Part shown: positions 57,801 through 64,000 of the stretch, one piece after another
How positions within the stretch are numbered: the stretch's first letter is position 1
Layout: each line of letters starts with the position of its first letter
Source of the DNA: the human T2T-CHM13v2.0 reference genome, Homo sapiens
Strand: one strand, 5' to 3'
Length of the DNA stretch: 64,000 nt
Assembly (NCBI RefSeq): GCF_009914755.1
Contig: NC_060927.1
The notes under the pieces: generated by a model
The model's database searches: none
The model's input: only the letters and a program-made list of their open reading frames with translations
Told to the model about the DNA's origin: nothing
Position numbers and translations under genes: made by a program

Positions 57801-57995
57801 TGTTGCTCCCAGATGGGCCATCAACCTTCCCTGCTTTTCTTCATTCTCTGTGGGTCAAGTTGTTTCCCTAATCAGTCCCAATGCAAGTACCTGGACATTT
57901 CAGTTGAAGGTGCTGTGTTCACTCACCCTTTTCATTCCTCTTTATAAGTGCCACAGACCACAGCTGCTTCTAATTGGCTATCTTAGCCAGGAAAC
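54893..57995 (-). mobile_element. Internally deleted L1 (L1PA11-13-like): 5'UTR fused to distal ORF2 and 3'UTR
   Basis: Poly(T), 3'UTR and ORF2 run 54893-56694; GC-rich 5'UTR runs 56695-57995 and starts (sense) ggctaagatagccaattagaagcagct; short candidate TSD agattt(t)c. Confidence 0.92.
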
Positions 57996-58608
57996 CAAGA
58001 TTTTCAAAGTCTATGTGAAAACCATTCCAACAGATACTTCACCTTTTCTCATTTTATAACTAAATAATCTTAATAGCATAGTGAAGCAGAGGAATATTAT
58101 GGATATTAAGAAATCATATTATCTACATTTATATGTGAGTGTGTATGTATTTATTAAAGTCAGAAATGTGGTTCAGAGATTTTAACATGGATTTTCAGCA
58201 AAGCAAACAGCGATAAACTTAACTTTTACTAGAAAGCACAAGATCAGGCCATGTTTTCAAATGCTTTTTCATCAGAAACAGAAATTTATAGTGAATCCAG
58301 TTGGTCTACACTCAAAGTACCATATTGCTGCCTTTTCTTAGCAAGGTTATGCTGCATTGGAATTCTGGAAGGGGTCTGCTGGGAACATTGACCCATAACT
58401 AGGTATTCAGTTATTACCAGGCAGAAGTGTTTGTTGGCTGATTCTTTCCTTTCACGTCCGCAAGACTCTTGTCTCACTAACATCTCTGAGCATGGCTCTG
58501 CTGAAGGCAGGCTCCTCCCTGAAGCTCTCTCGTTGGTTTCTGCTATGCAGTATCAAGATGGTTCTTTTGATTTCTCTAAACTGTCTCTTCTCTCTTATCC
58601 TCAGCTTT

Positions 58609-58610
<2 letters not shown>

Positions 58611-58641
<31 letters not shown>

Positions 58642-58925
58642 AGACAGAGTCTCACTCTGTCGCCCAGGCTGGAGTGCAATGGCGCCGTCTCGGCTCACTG
58701 CAAGCTCTGCCTCCTGGGTTCAAGCTATTCTCCTGCCTCAGCCTCCTGAGTAACTGGGACTACAGGCGCCCACCCGTACGCCTGGCTAAATTTTTTGTAT
58801 TTTTTTTAGTAGAGATGGGGTTTCACTGTGTTAGCTAGGATGGTCTCGATCTCCTGACCTCATGATCCACCTGTCTTGGCCTCCCAAAGTGCTGGGATTA
58901 CAGGCGTGAGCCACCACGCTCAGCC
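58611..58925 (-). mobile_element. Alu, AluY/Sc8-like
   Basis: cactgcaagct, gtgttagctaggatggtctcgatctc diagnostics; 30-nt poly(T); TSD agctttcc. Confidence 0.97.
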
Positions 58926-59150
58926 AGCTTTCCCTTTCTTTCATGGTTTGTCTGCTGATCCATGATGCTATCTGTTTTACAACAGCAGATTTCTTTCCTA
59001 AGCTCCACATATGTATAACTAATTGTTCATAGCTGAGGGTACCACACTTAGAAGGTAAGACATGGAGATGTACAGATGCCAAGAGGGACCTGGTGGTCTG
59101 CAGTGTATCAGTGCTCTACTTCTACTCTGTGTCCAGTTCATCTTCCCAAT

Positions 59151-59200
59151 GCTGCCCCTACAGACCAGCAGCTGCCCCTACAGACCAGCCCCTACAGACC
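59151..59200. repeat. 20-bp minisatellite (~2.5 copies)
   Basis: gctgcccctacagaccagc at 59151 and 59171, plus a partial copy. Confidence 0.9.
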
Positions 59201-59419
59201 CTAACCCCATTGTTCAGTCCTGGACTTCAGGCCCACAGAGGTGATGCTTCCACAGGGGTAAGCTATTTCCATAAAGGCAAGTCTTCCACAGACTTTTCCA
59301 CAAACTCTCTCTTTATGACCCCACTCCCACAGTTTCTTAAAATTCCTAGAAAACTCTGGTCCATGTGCACTAGTGCTTCCAGCTGACTTGTTGCCTCCCT
59401 CTCTCATCTTACCACCTCT

Positions 59420-60620
59420 GCATCTAGACCTTCGCTTACTTCTGCCAGATTTGAGTAAGCTCTAATTCCTCTATGAAGTGCTTTTTTTCCTGCAATGTTT
59501 TTAGCGACTCTCTTTTCCTAACCAAACCCCAAAGGACACATTGATTCCAACCTGTTTCTGCTCTAGTGTTCCTGATCTCAGGAAACAGCAATACTCTCTT
59601 CCCAGTTAATGTTGTCACCCTCTTTACTTCCCTTCACATTCAATCAGACACAAAGCCTCCCTTCATGCTCTCTCTCAGTCTTGCTTTGCCTCTTCCTCCT
59701 CACTTTCACCCCATTAATTCAAACCCTCATCATCTCTTACCTGAAGTCATTTATCTATTTATGACTCTTAAGAGGATATTGTCTATTTCTCTCATACTTC
59801 TTCATCCTAAAGTCAGAGGAAGTGTGATCAGTCACATCTTACATTCCAATGCCATTTTTGCATAAAACCTTGTTTTCAGGTACTCAGCAATTTACCTCCA
59901 TCTCTCCTGTTTCTGAACAAACAAATGGTCAGCATTTTCATCCAGTGAAGAGTTTGTCACCTGGTTTAGAGACTCCTCTCTCTATGCATGTCCTGACATC
60001 ATTATGGGTGACTTTGATGTTCACCTAGATAACACATGCAGAAGCCTGACTCCTCAGTTCCTTGAAGCCTCAGTTTCAATGACCTCCCCTCCATCTCCTC
60101 TCTCCATCCCTCTTCAGTCACACACCCCTTTGACCACAGTCTGAACCTCTTCATCATCTCAACTCAATCTTAAAATCTTTAAATATGATGCCTCAGTCTT
60201 CTAACTCCATCACTTGATTCCTAAAGCTTTAGGAGTTCCTTGAATTCAATTTGCCAATCATTTTTAGAACTCTTAATTTTCTCCCTTTCTCTTAAGCCCT
60301 GTCTGCTTTCACTTATGTCCCTGTCAAGTGGTACCACCACTTCCACCACCATCTTACAGTACCCCCAACTCCTCAAGCCTTAAGTCTATAACCCTTGTCT
60401 CCACATGGACACCTGCCAATGGGCTGTGGAGTGCTGTTACAGAAAATCACGCAACCACTCAGATTGAGGTTCCCAAACTCAAAGTTTTCAAAATCAAAGA
60501 CACTGGTTTCTCTTTCTGTGATGCCCTACTCCACTCCATCTCCCTTTCTCAATGGCAGTGCCTCTACCTTTCTCTGCTAAGAAATCTCCACTTCAATGCT
60601 GACCTTCTCACTATTCACCT
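59420..60620 (+). mobile_element. L2 fragments, including an endonuclease-region remnant
   Basis: L2-like pyrimidine-rich sequence; 59998-60033 translates to IIMGDFDVHLDN (APE-type GDFN motif). Confidence 0.65.
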
Positions 60621-61484
60621 ACTCCTCACAGACATTCAGAAACAAAGCATTTAAGCTCTCAGAACTGGGCACTGAGAATAAAAGGAAGTAAAACAGGCCT
60701 TGGGAGTATGAAAGGAGGTGGGGTCTTGCAGTGAAATAGGCATGGGGTCTGTCTGTGTGCTACTGTTTGCCTTGCTAAATCTTCTTATCAACTTTGAACT
60801 GGAGAACGATCAGAGATAATGCTTACTTCTTAGGGCACTTGAATACAAGAAGTTAAATTAGACATAGGGAATTGCTTATCACCACAGGTAATTATTAAAT
60901 ATTTTTACCCTTTCTTTTCTCTAGAGGAACCAACAAGTCAATGTGGAAGATAGAACTAACCAAGCAACCACCTACAATGTGGGAAGGGCATCAAAGAGGT
61001 ATGAACACAAAGCAACGGGAACTCAGAGAAGGGAGTAATTCACTCTGCCCAGGGCAGCCACGTGAGTGCACCACTGGTGGATGTTTGATTACGTATTTTT
61101 ACTTTTACATCCCCAAATGATTATACATATGCACAGTTGATTTGTTTGGGTTTCAGAGAAAATTTGGGGAGACAGAAGAAAAGGCTGCATTTCCAAGATT
61201 TTTGGGAAGTTTTTCTATGATTCAGTGAGTCTCAGCATATTTTCCTAGTACAAATATAACACAATTATGGTAGTTTATTATTAGGGGAAGAGTTCTCCTG
61301 ACGCAACTGTTAGTCCCTCTCAGATCCTGAGAGCTACCCTGCAGGAAGGCCATTCCTGCTGATAATTCGCGAGGAAAAAATGCATTTAACTGGAAGCCTC
61401 ATTTATGAAGGGTTCTTTCTGTGTGACAGAGGACAGTATGACTATACTTTATTAAACATTTTGAAAAGCGTAACCAGTGCTTTC

Positions 61485-61783
61485 TTTTTTTTTTTTTTTT
61501 TTGAGATGGAGTCTCACTCTGTCACCCAGGCTGGAGTAGAGTGCTACGATCTCGGCTCACTGCAACCTCCACTTCCTGGGTTCAAGCGATTCTCCTGCCT
61601 CAGCTGCCTGAGTAGCTGAGACTACAAGCACATGCCACCACGCCCGGCCAATTTTTTGCATTTTTAGTAGAGACGGGGTTTTACCGTGTTAGTCAGGATG
61701 GTCTCACTCTCCAGACCTCGTAATCCACCCACCTTAACCTCCCAAAGTGCTGGGATTACAGGCATGAGCCACCGCGCCTGACC
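61485..61783 (-). mobile_element. Alu, AluSc-like
   Basis: accgtgttagtcaggatggtctc; exact TSD accagtgcttt at 61473-61483 and 61785-61795. Confidence 0.96.
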
Positions 61784-62802
61784 GACCAGTGCTTTTAAAG
61801 TGATTGCACAAACCTCCTGTCTTTCTATTTGCCTGACTTCTGGCAACGTTCAGTGTGCTTAGGCCTGCCCAGTTCACTCCTAGGATGGTTATTGTGCCTC
61901 TCCCTTGGACAAGCTCTGTGTTCACCACAGACGGTGGCCAAAAACTATTTCCATCCTCAAGGACTACATAGTCATTGTCCAGTGTGGCAAATTTCAAACA
62001 TTTTCAGCAGATTTCAAACATCTTACCTGGAACCTCAATAAAACTAATGAAAATCTATAAAACAAGACAAAGAATACTGGTTCTGATTGAAGAAAGGAAT
62101 TATGACCCAGAGCTACCTTCTTAAGGGCAAAGTTTCAAAGGAAACAAGGCTGGTGAGTGAAAGTGAATATGTTACTTGAAGTTTGGAAAAAAATTTGAAG
62201 AGCTCTCAGCATGGCAGCCAGATTGTTCTATTGACATAAAATAGTCAAGTCACTCTCAGTCTCATCCCCCTACAACCCTTTCTCCAGATATTGTCTCTTC
62301 TGTTCTAGCACACCTCCAGAAAAGGGAGGCAGCTCAACCATGTGAAAGCTGTCCATTCGGTTTACTTTCACTCTGAAAGTTTCAAAGTCTACTCTACTTT
62401 CACTTTATTTTCCAGTCTCTCTCTATACATGTATACCCTTAGGATTCAAAACTTTCCTCCACGGAGATATACTCATTCCACATTGTTACAGTGGTTCTGT
62501 CTGGGACTCTGAGGACTTCAGTTCTTCTCTTGTTACATTAATTTGCCCTGCATCTGCTACCTTGGAATTGCCCTAAGTTGTTGAGGTGTATGTGTAATCT
62601 AATTCCCATTAAGTTGCAAGCTCCTTGAGGAAGTCTTAAATGTGCCCTAGATTTCTTTATTTTCCTACACATAAACTCACAGATGTAGTGACTGACCACT
62701 TACCCAATGGCATCATCATATCCAGGATGGCATCCAGTACCTCTGTCTCCCATTGAACATTCCCTCATACTTCCCTCTTTTGGAACAAAAGTAAATTTAT
62801 TT

Positions 62803-62955
62803 GGCCGGGTGTGGTGGTCCATGCCTGTAATCTCAGCTACTCAGGAGGTTAAAGGGGAAGGATAACTTAAGCCCAGGAGGCCAGGAACCATGATCATGAC
62901 ACTGCACTCTAGCCTGGGTAACAGAATGAGATCCTGTCTTTAAAAATAATAAAAA
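62803..62955 (+). mobile_element. Free right Alu monomer (FRAM-like)
   Basis: Single right-arm monomer with A tail; degenerate TSD aaaag(g)ta(a/t)attt(t)attt. Confidence 0.88.
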
Positions 62956-63714
62956 GGTATATTTTATTTTGTATTACTCAGTTTTTCAAGGGCAGTGACT
63001 TGTTAGCCATCCTCTACCCCCATGATACTAGTTAGACAAATGTATTCCCAGTTCATCACACAATACCTGGCACAGATCAATAAATAGTGGTGACACCAAG
63101 ACATCCAAGAACTCTAATCATCTACACTGGTTTCTACTGAAATGTCTGTTGTCATAGACTTAATTGTGTCTTCAGATACAGCAGTTCTGTTATTTCTGAG
63201 TTTTACCTGGGGCAAGAGAATCTTTAGCAAGTTTAAAGGCACCTATATCTGGAATCACCCCTCCCTCCAGATGAATATCACAGACTCTCCCATTAAAGGT
63301 CTTGCCTTCCTTGATAGCATCATCACTCCATCTATGGTGACTAACTCATGCAAGTTTGATACAGATTTTCCTGGTTTTAAAACTAGGCATATTACATTCC
63401 AGAAGCCCAGACCTCTAACTTATCTTCAATATTTGCAGGCTGGGAAGATTGTTTATTGCTGTCTCTCTTCCTTTCTCTCACCTCACAATCACTCCATTCT
63501 TCTACCTCACCATCCTAAGCGAACAAGTACGTGCTTTCTAGTCTTAAACATTAGGAAGAGCTAATGATATCTACAACTTCTACTTTCTGCCCTGCAAAGA
63601 TTTCTGAGGCAAAGAAACACAAAGCCTGATTACCCACTGAAAACCAAGAAAGGAGGTGAAACTACAAGGAGAAAAAGAGTTTAACCAATTAACTTGCCAT
63701 TTATGTAAATTGTT

Positions 63715-63850
63715 TAGCACAAGGCACAATACTTAACAAACAGGAACAATTATCATTCCTGTGTGCCAGAAGCAGTCAACGCAAAATAACACATGGATCC
63801 TGCCCTCAATGACCTCACACTCTAGTGAGAAAGACAGACAAGAAAAGAGT
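63715..63850 (-). mobile_element. L2 3' fragment
   Basis: tgtgccag...atggatcctgccctcaatgacctcacactctagtgagaaagacagaca. Confidence 0.7.
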
Positions 63851-64000
63851 ATGTATGTTTTAAGTTAGACCTGATTCAAAGTATTAAAACTTTATCTAAC
63901 ATGGTATATGTAAGATGGACAAAATTTGGGGGGAGTCAAGAAAAATTAGTAGAAGAGGGAAAAAGATCTGCAGGGTATGGAGGGGGCCATTTGTAACAAT

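Overview
AT-rich, repeat-dense primate (human or great-ape) genomic DNA, either intergenic or deep intronic. I cannot support any cellular protein-coding gene, tRNA, rRNA or CpG island. All ORFs over ~250 aa are LINE-1 ORF2 fragments; most other ORFs are repeat-derived or chance. The window is dominated by L1s. These include a twin-primed (5'-inverted) L1PA2-like insertion (30565-32538) and a 5'-truncated L1PA5-like copy (19206-20805). There is also an L1PA15/16-like copy with a nested Alu (26930-30171). A TSD-bounded, end-to-end L1PA10/11-like element has a ~450-bp RT deletion (42647-48509), and a minus-strand L1 has its 5'UTR joined directly to distal ORF2 (54893-57995). Several older L1M relics are also present. 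Other repeats are ten Alu-family SINEs, solo LTRs (LTR26-, LTR16- and LTR33-like), DNA-transposon relics (MER45A, MER2, MER5), MIR and L2 fragments, a 445-bp tandem duplication and a compound GATA/CATA STR. The best leads are (1) the L1 rearrangement junctions, including a snap-back templated insertion and two independent breakpoints at the RT FADD codons, and (2) several strong minus-strand splice-site pairs that could belong to a spliced non-coding or small-ORF transcript. I do not see a demonstrably new biological system. Subfamily names come from recalled diagnostic positions and need RepeatMasker/Dfam confirmation. Boundaries of old repeats are approximate.
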